Positions 25,895 to 37,525 of a DNA stretch of 64,000 nt are shown here, in pieces. The notes under the pieces were generated by a model. It saw only the letters and a program-made list of their open reading frames with translations, did not search any database and was not told the origin of the DNA. The stretch comes from a virus (lineage: Duplodnaviria > Caudoviricetes). The stretch is from positions 1 through 64,000 of IMG/VR virus record IMGVR_UViG_3300028805_000096; one strand, given 5' to 3'. The number at the start of each line of letters is the position of its first letter. Position 1 is the first letter of the stretch. The position numbers were made by a program, and so were the translations under genes.

Positions 25895-26255
25895 CTAGAG
25901 TAATATAATTATTAGCAACCGAAATACAATACCAAATATTATACAACCAATATTACTCTTCTCACTAATATAACTTATTAGCAATATAATCAAAGGTATT
26001 CAGAACTCTATGAATAATATTGCTCATACTATTGTCCAGAACATTTTAGCAAATAGGTCAAGAACTAAAAAACTGTATAAAATTAAATATTAAAGATATA
26101 AACAAAGCAATTCACAATCGGTATGCTCGTATATATAAATTATCGTTAAGTATATCTATTTTCCAATAAGCCTTTTCATAAGCCTCCGCTTTTTTATAGG
26201 CTTTATGCACTTCTTCCATAAGTTCTGCCTTACTATCTCGTTTTGTTACTGCCAT
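25895..26255 (-). other. two small membrane-protein genes (26046-26255, 25895-26044)
   Basis: Open hydrophobic frames; CGA/CGG fall inside TM stretches. Confidence 0.6.
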
Positions 26256-26262
26256 TGTTATA

Positions 26263-27126
26263 TTATTTATAAAGTAAATCTACATTTGAAATTACTTTAT
26301 CTAAGAATTTCTTAGTGAATTTATTAGTTCACTGATTAGATATATCAAAGTTAAAGTCATTCATTCATAATCTTAATGGCGTGTGAGCTACCATAGGATA
26401 CTCTCTCATATTTATGTTGCTTTCATATCCATATCTCTCTGCATCCGTCCCAGCCCATACTACTAATGCTTTTCTTCCAAAAGCCTTTGAGCAATGATGT
26501 AAAGAACTATCACATCATACAACTGGGTATCTAGCTGTTAGGGATACAACTAATCTTAAATCTGGAGTATCGCACATTTGACAATTCTTTAACACTGGTT
26601 GACTTCATTGTTTAATAACCTCATATAGAGTATAACCTTTCTTTGTTAGTTCATCTGCTATATACTGTGCTGCATCAACTGGTATAGAACGATAACTCTT
26701 ATCAGCTCAGTTTAATCACATTGTACTTCAGAATGGTTGATATAGAATAGGCTTCTCTCATTGTAGGAAATTGGACATCTTTTCGTGTTCTGCTAAGAAT
26801 AAACAAGGTTGTGGAATAGTATCTCACTCTATACCTAATTGTTTCTTAGCAATATATAACCAGTTCTTAGCATCATTAAAGAACTCTGGGTCAGTATAAG
26901 GTTCAAGCTCTATATAATCATTCCCTTTGATTACATCCTCAAATAAACGCCTATCATCTAATCAATGTACAGATTTGATGTAAGGGTTTCATCGGAATAC
27001 TAGAGGTCGTGATGTAACAACTTTTACTGGTCTTTTCTTTGCCACCTCCGATATAGCACCAGTCATTGCTACCACTCTACCAAGTCATCAGTCAATTCTA
27101 ACGACTAAAGTTTTTTGTTCTGTCAT
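26263..27126 (-). CDS. GT9 (heptosyltransferase-like) glycosyltransferase
   Basis: RIDGGLGRVVAMT..., ILYQPFGS, VVGCDSSLHHCSKAFGRKALVVWAGT. Confidence 0.8.
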
Positions 27127-27149
27127 ATTATATTTATTAAGGAATAAAT

Positions 27150-27612
27150 TATTTATTATGCTCTTTTCTTCGCTTGTCTTGTTGTTCTTTATAAACAATT
27201 TTACTACAAGCTAGACAATACTTTTTTGGTCATCTTCAACCTATTTCTTTTCCACATCTTTCACATTGTTTCATCCTTTATTTCTATTAGGCATATAAAA
27301 GTCGCATAGTATATGTGCTATTTCTCTCATCCTTTCTTTGTTCTGTTCTTCGAACTCTGAAAGGTCGTTTAGTTCTTCAACTAACTTATCTATTTCAGCT
27401 TTCTCCATTGTTATTAGTTAATCTCTAAACATTCTATCTAACAACATAGGGTCATATCAATCATATTCATCAGTCTCATCATAATCACTATCTGCATATT
27501 TATCCTCTATGTCGCACATAGCATTAAATAAGCACTCTCTGCAATTCTCTATCTTAACTCACATTAAGCAGTTCTTGCATTCTTCTTCTCTTACTTTATC
27601 TAGTTTGTCCAT
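27150..27612 (-). other. three short hypothetical genes, including a CxxC..CxxC zinc-finger protein
   Basis: MDKLDKVREEECKNC...; MEKAEIDKL...; MKQCERCGKEIG...YCLAC. Confidence 0.55.
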
Positions 27613-27641
27613 AACCTATAAATTAAAATATAAAAGTCTGA

Positions 27642-28013
27642 TTACTTCAAGTAGCTTATCAAATCTTCAATAGGTGTATCTGATATTGATAGTAGCATTA
27701 GCAACCTATCCTCTCATCACAATTCTCAATAGTATCAGTCATCTAACTCTATTTGTAATCTGAATTCTTTAGTTTTTTGCACTCGGTCTATCTTATCATT
27801 CTCTACTAACCATTTAATAAATCAATACTCCTTACTTATAAGTCTTGGAACTTCTAAGTACCAACTCTTCCAATCTCATTCTCAATTATCATCTCGGCTC
27901 AGCACTAAATATGAAGAGTTCCACTCTGTCGCTGGCTCTATTCTATAAGTTTCAAATGGTCAACAACTACTTGTGTGTCCATATTCGTTTATAAATCTAA
28001 TAAGTTTATCCAT
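27642..28013 (-). CDS. hypothetical protein (paralogue of 34565-34909)
   Basis: LISKEYGFIKWLVENDKI...RLLMLLSISDTP. Confidence 0.75.
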
Positions 28014-28043
28014 TTTCTTTAGATAAATAATATAAAAGTCTGA

Positions 28044-28313
28044 TTAAATCTCTTTAATATTTTCTATAGGTATTGGCTCATACACTCTTACTTGCCAACA
28101 TCAATTTTGGTAGTTATTGTATCTCCAATTCTCTCGTGGATTATACTCTACCTCTAAAACAATATCTCCATACTGCTTAGCTTCATTCTTATCTACTGCT
28201 AGATATGTACATCTACTCGGTGCATCTCTAACTCATCGTAATTTTCATTCAGATTTTATTTTTTCTCGGTTTTCTTTAGTCGTTCAATGATAGAATTTCA
28301 TTTGTCTAGTCAT
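28044..28313 (-). CDS. small ADP-ribosyltransferase-fold (Tpt1/KptA-like) protein
   Basis: FYHGTTKENWEKIKSEG...YLAVD...YGDIVLEV. Confidence 0.6.
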
Positions 28314-28491
28314 TAAATATAAATCACTTATCTGTATAGTATCAGTCTTCTGTTGAGAAGAATATAGTATATCATTTCTTCATTAGTTTAAGTCTTCTAT
28401 TCTCCTCTTTAGCATTTTTCAAATCTAGTTCGTATCTTAACCTCTCATTTTCTTTTTTTAGAAGTTCTAATTCAGATTTTTCTTTTTCCAT
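28306..28491 (-). CDS. short coiled-coil hypothetical protein
   Basis: Open frame MEKEKSELELLKKENERL... Confidence 0.6.
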
Positions 28492-28591
28492 TTCCTTTTG
28501 GTAAATAATATAAAAGTCTGATTAGTCTATACTATCAACAGTATCAATTCAGTATCAATTTTTATTTCATTGATATTGTTGGCTGTTTTTT

Positions 28592-29188
28592 TTAATTCTC
28601 GAAATAGAAACTCAACTCCTCTGGATCTATATCTATAACCCCATCTTCATACACCTCCCCATCATTATGCTCTAACTTCACTAATCTTCATTTCTCATAC
28701 CAACATAAATCTTCTACCCAATATCAATGCTTGTTCTCATGACTATATTTAAATACTTTCTTCTTTAATACAATTTTTCACGTGTATTCCATGATATTTC
28801 AATTCCATTCCCTCTTATCTCCACCTCTCATAAATTGTTGCTTCTCCTCTTTAGGTTCCGATAAAAATTTCCCAGCCGCTATCTCCCTTAACTTATCCAT
28901 ATTCGGTTTCCCCGATTCCATCTTCTCTTGAATAGGTTCTCTGTTCGGTGTCTCCTTTAACCTCTTATTCTCTTCCTCTAACTCTGCTATCCTTTTCTCT
29001 TGTTTCGCTACCTTTTCCTTTAACTCCTCTACCTCCGCCTCTACTCCTGTTTGGACTAGCCTATATCATTCATCTACTACCTCTAACTCCCCTCTCTGCT
29101 TCATCCTATCCAATAACCTCGTATCTTTCGGATTCTTCCCGAGATATTCTAGTACCTCTTTTTTACTCTGAAAAATTTTTTCTGACAT
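28592..29188 (-). CDS. hypothetical protein (paralogue of 456-914)
   Basis: MSEKIFQSKKEVLEYLGKNPKDTRLLDRMKQRGEL. Confidence 0.75.
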
Positions 29189-29399
29189 CTTTTTTGATTT
29201 GTTAGTTCTAAAGCCTTATGATGATATCATATCAACTCTTTTATATCTTTTATCTGCTGCATTGCAAGCCGAAAGTTGATATTATGTCAACCGAGAGGCG
29301 TTGATTTTCATTTTTTTACAAATTTTTGGTAGCCACTATGGCATACCGTTTCCGCCTTTCTCAATTTCTTTGTTAGCGAAGATTTGGTTTCAGAAAGAT

Positions 29400-30180
29400 T
29401 GCTTTAGCTTTGTGTTTTCTGTGTTTTTGCTGTGTGTTTTGCAGACAGTTTTCTGTTTCTTTTGTTGCTACCCCTCCCCTTTTGGTTGACATTGTGTCAT
29501 CTTCGCAGTTCTCCCCTTGCTTCTGGTGTGTTGTGCCACCTCCGCTGTTGTGTGTGTCACATTTGCACCGTGCTTGCGGTTGTACCTGGTGTTTTGCTGT
29601 GCTGTGCTGGTGCTTTTTGAGGTAGTGCTGTCGGTTTTTCTGTATTTTCTTCCTCTGTTGCCTCTGTGGTGTTGAGTTTTCCCAGTTCTCGTGGTGTGTG
29701 GTTGGTGTGTCCTGGTTTTGTGGTCTGTTGGGTGTTGTGTGGTGGGTGTGTGTCGTGCTGTGTGCTGTTCGTGTTGTCTCTGTTGTGTATTGTTTTGGTT
29801 TGGTTGTTTGGTTGTGTGGCTCTGTCCGAGATTTTGTGGTGTTGTTGCTTCGTGTGTGTCTCGTGTTGCTGGTGTGTGTTGGTGTTGTTGTTCTTCTGTC
29901 TCTGTTGGTTCTGTTTTGTTTTGGGTTGTCCGCTGTTTTGTGGTCCTCCTGGTTGCTGTTCGTCTTCTGGTTGGTTGTCGTGGTTGTGTTGCTCTGTCCG
30001 CTTTTTTGCTCCTGGTATGTTTTGCTCCTCCTGGTTGGTTCATGTTGTTGTTTTTGGTGGTAGGTCTTCTGGTGTTGCTCTCTCCGCTGTTTTGTGTGGG
30101 TTCGTGTCGTTTTGTCACGATCTGGTTCTTAACGCAGAATGCCACCCTGGTTGGGTGGCTGTGTGGTGTTGCCTGTGCGT
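29400..30180. repeat. low-complexity G/T/C tract almost lacking A on the + strand
   Basis: About 5 A in 29701-30060 by eye; no exact tandem unit. Confidence 0.9.
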
Positions 30181-30189
30181 ACTTGTGAA

Positions 30190-32982
30190 TTAGTCTAGGG
30201 TTCTTGGTCGGTTTCTGTCGTTTTCTCCGTATCTGTCGTGGAGGTAGCTGAGTTGTGCTTCCGCTCTTCTTGCGTTTTGCTCTCTCTTCTGAATGTTGCT
30301 GTCTTTTCTCAGGCTTTTTTCTCGTCCCGTTTTTATCTCGATCCGCATCTCTTCCTCCGTCTTGCTTTTTTTTGGTCGGGAGTTTGCGTAGATGGTTGGT
30401 CCGTCTTCTCTTCTTACTTCCCCTAGCCAGTACTCTTCTGGGCTACTTGGGTAGATTTTGGTTGTGAGTGTTGCGGTGAACTCTCCTCGTTGTTTTGTCA
30501 TGGTTGTTGTTTGGTTATGGCTAAATGTTTGGCTTGCAGGAGCTGTGTGTGGTAGGTTGCTCCTGCTTGCTTGTCTGTATCTTATCCCTTTTTTGGTTTT
30601 TTTGTACCGTTTTTTTGAATTATGGTATAACCATTGGTTATCAGAGTTTTCTTCTGATTCGTCCCAGCAGTCCCTCGTTTGCTCGGTGTTTCTGCTGTAC
30701 TACTTCCCTTTGCAGGTGTTGGACTTGCTCCTGGAGGTCTTGTATGGTCTCTGCTACTTGATCGGGGTTCTTCTCCCTCTGCATTTCTGTTTCCATGTAC
30801 CCTGCGACCTTGTGAGCTCGTTTCTCTCTGTCCAGCGGTATGTGCTTGCAGGTGGCTATGGCTCTTGTTACCCGTCGTTTCACTATCTCGTCGTGGTTCA
30901 TCATTGTGTGCTCTGGATTATTCGTAAAAGTTCTTGGCTTCGTATACCGCCTGTTGGAGTTCTTGTACTGCTCCGCTTATTTTGTAGTAGAAATCTTTTG
31001 CTACCTCGTCCTGCTGGTTCTCCATTTTGTCCTCCAGCATCTCCATTGTCTGGATTAGCGTTGTTGTTTCTTCCTCTCCTAGGTACGCTTCCAGTTGCTC
31101 TAGTTTGTTCATGGTTGTTGTTTGGTTTATATACTAAAAGTCTCTAATTGTGTTCAAAATGTTCTCCTGCATTTCGTCTGCGTAATCTCCTATTTTCGTG
31201 TCGATATGTTCTCGTGCTTCTTGTTGGGTTAGGTGTTCTCCTGTCTCTTCGTTGTCCCGTGTTCACTCTTCCCATCCGTTTCTAGGTGGGTAGAATGTTC
31301 GGTGTTCTTCGAAGTCCATTATGGCTTTTTGCCTCATGGTTCTTTCAATTTCTTTCATGAGATTCTGTAATCTCCCTTGCTTGTATTGGTCTGTGATTTG
31401 CATGGCTGTTGTTTGGTTAATGTTACTAAAAGTCGTCATCGTCCAGGAGTCCTTGCTCCCTTACTATCCTGATGATGTTTGCTAAGCTGAGCCACTCGTG
31501 GTTTATGTAGCATCAGCTGGTGAAGTCGTAGGAGTTCTCCTTGTCGAAGTAGATTTCTTCCTCTGTTCTTTCGTCTGTGTCGTCTCCGTTGTCTCCCTGT
31601 TCTGGGTAGTCTATCCCGTATGCGTCGCAGAGAGCTTCGACTAGTGCTTTTTCTTTTTCTGTCATGTTGTTGTTTGTATAGAATATAAATGTTGTTGCTT
31701 GGGTTTCTTCCCCTTGCTTGATTGTATGTTATTTATTTTTTGTGTTTTTGTTAGTTCTTGTTTGCATTTTCCGCTAACCTTTAGTTAGCAGAGTCCGATC
31801 GTTTTTTCTAAGATTTTTATTGTGTTCTCTATGTCGTTGTATAGTCTTCCGTATGCGTCTAGGATGTAGTTTCTTCCGTCGATTTTCTTCCAGGTGTATC
31901 TGTGTTCTGGGAGGTAGTACTCATTGCATTGTTTGAGTCTTCTCTTCATTCTTCTCTCTCGGTTTTTGTCGTTTGTTAGTTTGTTGTTTGCCATGTTGTT
32001 GTTTGGTTAATTAATAAATGTTGTGTGGTTTTGGTGCCTCCCTAGAATGGGAGGTCACCGTATTTTTCTAGTCTGTCTTCCTCGTCTGTTGCTGTTTCTG
32101 CTATTCTCTGTTCTAGTTCTCGGTTGTTTATGTCGTAGTAGCGTTTTGTTGTTTTCCCTACTGTTATTTCCGTAATGCTTCTTTCGTATCCGTCTTCCTC
32201 TATTCGTGCTTCCTTAATTTGTGCTATGGCTGGTTTTCCGTTTACCTCTGTTTCTGCTTCCTTGATCCAGCCTTGTGTTTTTGTTATTGTCTTCTGGTTC
32301 TTTACTGTTCTTTTTTTTTCGTCTTCTCTAATTAATTTGTTTGTTGTTTTTGTTAGGATGTTTGCTAGGTTGTCTCGACCTTGCTGTTCTTTTTTTGTGT
32401 CCACCATGTTGTTGTTTGGTAATAATCTAAAGGTTGCTTGCAGGGGTGTGTGGTTGAACCTTATGTTGTGTGTGGTAGGTTCTCCCTGCTTGCTTGCCTT
32501 TTATATATCTAAGATTTGCGATTTTCCTACTGTTTTTTTGAATTTTGTGATAACTTTTGGTTATCAGGTAATTTAATATTTTTCTTGAAATTTCCGTCGT
32601 ATTATTTATTTTGTATTTGTCCACAAAAATCATTTGAATTTTCTAAGTTCGTCGGTGGACGGACGAGTGATTAGTGGACACAGCCTGTGGGTTATGGCTG
32701 AAATGATGTTTGGCAGGACGGACGCTTCGGCGTTCGTTTTTCTTTTTGAAAAAAGGAGGAAGCATTGCGTCTCCACGTTTATGCTTTACCCTCCCCCGTA
32801 ATAAATTAAGTGATCTCGGGCTGTTTGTGTTTGGCACGCTCCCCTCCAAGTAGTTGTATCATCCCCTCCTTTTTCTCCTGGAGCTTTTTCTTCTCCTCTT
32901 CGGATAGGTCGTCGGGTATGTTAAGTATTCGGATCTGATATCCCTCACCTTTATGTACTCGTTCTGTGTATTTCTTCGGCAT
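30190..32982 (-). other. array of about 8 short early genes (30190-30501, 30638-30904, 30918-31112, 31134-31403, 31426-31665, 31785-31994, 32042-32407, 32806-32982)
   Basis: Each is open on the minus strand; six are preceded by the same AACCAAACAACAAC-type leader. Confidence 0.75.
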
Positions 32983-33061
32983 TTTACTTGGTTATTGACT
33001 AAATCTAGTTTTTATATAAGGATTTGTACTGTTAATTTCTATTCTATTTTTGTATTTTACG

Positions 33062-33760
33062 CTATCTATTAGTTATCACATGGACTCTTTTATTGTTTTG
33101 TTGTTCTTTTATCGTCGCTCGCCTACAATTTTCTTTGCAGTAGTGTCCGTTTACATCTATTCTATCTATGGTAGTTTGTTTCTCTCCGAATTCTTTTACA
33201 TGTTTTTCATATGCTTCCCCCATATCGTGTTTGAATTCTTCGAAGTTTCTTCGGAAGCATTTTATTCATCTGTCGTAGTAGTTTTTCTTGCCTGCATGTC
33301 ATTTTACTCTTCCCTGGATATCTAGCCGTATGGTGTAGAGTCTCATCTTTCTTGTTGGCTGATCGTATTTTCTAAATGTTTTCATTTTTTCTTGGAAATA
33401 GCATCAGCATGATACTGGATGTCAATTTGCGAGATTTGTGAGATTGCATACTGTTATTTTTCAGCAGTCGCATTTTGCTTGTACCATTCTTCTCCCATTT
33501 TTCTTTTCCACTTCTTTGATGATGGTTAGGTGTCCGTATCTCTTACCTATTATATCTTTATGGACCATGTTCGTACATCCACAACTTTTAGAGATTCATT
33601 TTATAACGTGGTATGCTCTTGTTTCAATAATTCTTCAGCATTTGTTGCATTTGCACATTAGTCGTTGATGGTATCAGACTTTTTTTCACAGTCACACTAT
33701 TGTATATCCTCCATGTATTTCTCCTATCATGGATTCATAGTTGTTTTTAATTCATCTCAT
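33062..33760 (-). CDS. HNH homing-type endonuclease with CxC/SCGC repeats
   Basis: [46 protein letters not shown]. Confidence 0.9.
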
Positions 33761-34265
33761 TTTCTAGGATAGGTTTTATAAAATCATACCGATCGCATAT
33801 GTGGGTTTGATATCGCACGATGTTATATTTTACCAATCCGTTGTCGTTTCGGTATATTTCTTCCATCTCTGGTCAAACCTTTTTATCCATATACATCTTG
33901 TAGTTTCTATAATTACCATTTTTTATCACATTGCAAGTATAACATTGAGGAAAGACCTGGTTTTCATCAAATCTATATTTCAGGCATCCTCTGGATCTGT
34001 AATGTCATGCCTGCATGTGTCTTCGGTAGTCTTCTGCGTTGCATGTGACGCATTTACAGCATCTAATTCAGTTTTTGATGTAGCTGTTCTTTATTCTAAC
34101 GTACATTGAGAAAAAGCAGTCTGCCACGTCTCTCCGTGACAGCTTGTCTTTTTTCTTTGCTTTTACGTATGATAGGATTCTGATCCGTTCCTCTATATTA
34201 TCTGGAATTGTCTTCTTTGTGAATAGTTTTTCATATTCCAGGATTTTTTCCTGTGGTGTTTTCAT
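33747..34265 (-). CDS. ninG: NinG-like recombination nuclease
   Basis: DCFFSMYVR...CVTC...AGHYRSRG...RFDENQVFPQCYTCN. Confidence 0.8.
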
Positions 34266-35825
34266 AGTATGGTTTTGTTGGGAATATAAATTTGTTGGCG
34301 TACTCTTCCACGTATCCTGACCGTGTGTTTAGCAACTTACTGGAGTTGATATGGTCTGCGTGATATAGTGCGTCTCCTAGACATTTTACGAAGCTCCCTC
34401 CGTATGTGCAGAATGCGTCAGCTATTTCTGTTTTGTGTATCCTATGCTCTTTGTCAGTTGCTGGAACTCACTCTGCGAATATTGCGTACTCTGTCAGTCA
34501 TTCGTACCTTACAAATGTGTATTGCATGTTTATTTATTATGGGTTAAATTATTTACGTTTTTCATTATTCTAGTACAGATTCTAAAACTTTTAGCGGCTC
34601 GTCCTCAATTGCCAACAGCATTAATAGTTTTTCAAATGTTCTCACTTTCTCTGGGTTGTTGAATCATGATGTTTTATCGAACAGTCTGTCGCTTATTTTT
34701 AGTATGTCTACCTTTTTATTAGTCACGAGTCGAAGTATGAATCATTCTTCTTTACTTATTATTCTACTTTCCTGTACGACTCAGCTATCACCTCAAATTG
34801 CTGGGTGTAAACATTTTATGTGTATGCTGTTGTACTCATAATAATATTCGAACATTCAAGGCAGCATTGAGTTTACTCGTTCGTTGAGTAGTGTTATAAT
34901 TTTTTCCATTAGTATCATTCTTTGGAACTAAAATTTCATGTTATTTTTGCCTGGGACATCTCATTGATTCTCTCATCCTTTATTGCGGACGCTATCCTGA
35001 TGAGTGCGTCTAGCATAGGAGTGATTTTCTTATCTATGAGAGCCTGGTTCAGGTTGTGTATGGAGATTGGTTGCTGGAGTTTTTTGTTGATTCCCTCCGA
35101 TGCTGACCTATTTGTTTTGTAATCCTCCCTTGTTATTTCTCGCAACTCTGACCTTGCTTTTTCTATGGCGTGTGCGTTGTACGCCTGTGTTTCGTTTATC
35201 TTTGCTAATTCTATGTTGATATAGAATATTGCTTTCTGGAGTTGGAACTGTTTATCATAGTCCACCATAACTTCCTCGGCTATTTTTACAGCTTTTTCTA
35301 TGTACTTTGTGATTTGGTCTAGTGGCAGTTCCTGTATCTGTACGTCCATGTTTTCGGTAGTCTTCGAAATAAAATTGAAGCGGTCTGCTTATCGCTCATT
35401 GGAGCTCTGCGTCCACGAATCTGATACACGTGTCACATCGCAGTCTTGTTTTGTCTTTTGGATCTAGTCGCTTTCCGCATTTCCTGCATCTGTGTTCTAT
35501 CATCTTTGTGCTTCTATCTAAATAGTCCTCTTCGGAATAGGTTGACGATTATTGTATCTGTGAGGTCCATGTCCTGATCTGTCTCTGCATTTATCACGCA
35601 GTTTATTATTGCTAGCTTTTCTACTACTCCTTGGTCTTCGTTGCGTAGCATGTCGTATAGCTTAACGATTAGTTCATCTCTGTGTTCCAGGCCTCTTCTT
35701 AGCTCTGCCAGTTCGTGTATGAATCTTCTGTGTTGTCTGTCCATGTCGTCGATCTGGTTTTCTGCGTCTCTGAGTTTTGCTCTGAGTTCTTCTATTACTT
35801 GTCCTCTTGGTGTGTAATGTGCCAT
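34198..35825 (-). other. five hypothetical genes (34198-34527, 34565-34909, 34909-35349, a zinc-finger ORF near 35.4-35.5 kb, 35514-35825)
   Basis: Open frames with TGA=Gly; 34198-34527 has YGGSFVKCLG...ADHIN. Confidence 0.65.
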
Positions 35826-36670
35826 TATATTTTTCATTTGAAATAAAGGAATGTTAGGTGTGCGTCTCCGAATTTCTCCTTTGCTATCATGAATGTTGTT
35901 CATGCTGGTCTTCACTTTCAGGAGAAGTCAGAGACTATGTTTAGCGATCTGCTGTATTTGTATCCGTGTGTTTCTTTCCCGTGTTCCCATATACTTTCCG
36001 ATCCGTGTCTTTGGTACTCTGGGAATAGGGATTCCAGCACGTCTATTGCAGAGATTGCGTTTATCTTCTCTATCGTATCGAGTGTGTCGTTACGTGTGAA
36101 GGTCTTTTTTGGTTGTGGTTTTATTTTTACGATTCTCCTTGGGAGTGCGTTCATGTTGAGCTTTCCCTGGAGTATTGCGTCATTTACATCCTTGCACCCA
36201 CTGAGTGCTTCTCTTACGTCGTATAGGTGGAGTTCTGTGTATGCGATTCTCTTGATTGACTCCTCCGCTGGTTCGTCTTTGTCCACCAGGATGTACACGT
36301 CGTAGATTTTCTTCAGCATTTCTATCTCCTTGATTGCGTGGGGTAGGTTACTGACTCACTTGAGTCACATGAGGTTGTAGTTTTTTGCGTATGGAATTAT
36401 GGACAGGAAGTCTATCTCTCATTCTACGATGAGTATGTCTTTGTCCTTATCCCACCCGTTCAGGAAGAAGATTCATTTTGACCCGTGGCATGTTCTGGAT
36501 TTAATTCCGTCATGGTTTTCTGGATCTATGTATCTCTCCTGTCCTCCTGTGACTCAGGCGATACTGTAGAGTGGTACGATTATGCTACATTGCGTGGTTC
36601 TACATTTTTCGTGGATGTAGTCACGGTCTAGCATTCTTCTTTTTATGTACTCCTCTACAGCATTGTTCAT
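35825..36670 (-). CDS. Toprim-domain DNA primase
   Basis: ILIVEGEIDFLS (EG with G from TGA), LVDKDE, KDVND; next to the helicase. Confidence 0.85.
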
Positions 36671-37509
36671 ACTAATAGTCAAAGTCAGAATAAAATTATA
36701 CCTAGAAGAGCTGTTCATATCATTTGCTTTGTTCTTCTTTTTTCTTCGATTTCCTTTTGGTGTAGAGTGATTGATTGTCTAATTTTTCTCTTCTTTTGGA
36801 TTTTCTCACTCATCTTTGGAGCTGATTCTAGCTTTCCTAGTCTTATTGCTAGCTTAGGTCACCAGTTTCTCATTCTCCATCTGAATGTTGTGTAGGATAC
36901 TGCATCTTTTGGATGTCTTATGCAGTGATCTGTGTACTGCTCTCGGTACTTTTTTTCAGCCATTTTGCTATTGGTTATGATATAAATGTTGTATTTTGCT
37001 TATATCCACAGTTTGGCGATTTGCAACACTTTTTTTGTATTTTCCGCTAACCTTTGGTTATCACTTCTTGATGATCCTGATGTCGTTCCTCTTTACGTTG
37101 CTTCGTTTCTTGAAGTATTTCTTTAGTCTCATACCTTAATATTACTAAGTAAAAAGTCTTCAAGTTTATCTTCATCACATAAGGCACTTTCTATTAGTCG
37201 GTATTCGTAAGCCATACAAGTCCATCAAGTAAATCAGTCGCCATAGTCCCAACCACCACTTTTATTTGTAGGCTGTAATCTATTCTCACACACGAATTGC
37301 CATAGTCAGCTTGACTTCGTACATAACATTCTATATGGCATATATTTACTTTCGCAAGTATATGTTCAGCCTTTTTCTTTTTTAAGAATAATCCATCAAG
37401 CCTCAAAATCATATCATTCTCCTGTTTCAATAAATACATCTTTTTTTCAGAAAGGACACCGTCCCCTTTCTATCAAGCTATTCAATAGCTGTTCTAATTT
37501 GTTTTCCAT
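36655..37509 (-). other. two hypothetical genes (36655-36963 with C-terminal TM; 37123-37509)
   Basis: Open frames checked codon by codon with TGA=Gly. Confidence 0.6.
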
Positions 37510-37525
37510 AGGTATAAATAATGAT

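Noticed and set aside
29468-30193. Long ORFs on both strands in the low-complexity tract
   Set aside because: They are open only because stop codons need both T and A, and each strand lacks one; composition is unlike real genes.
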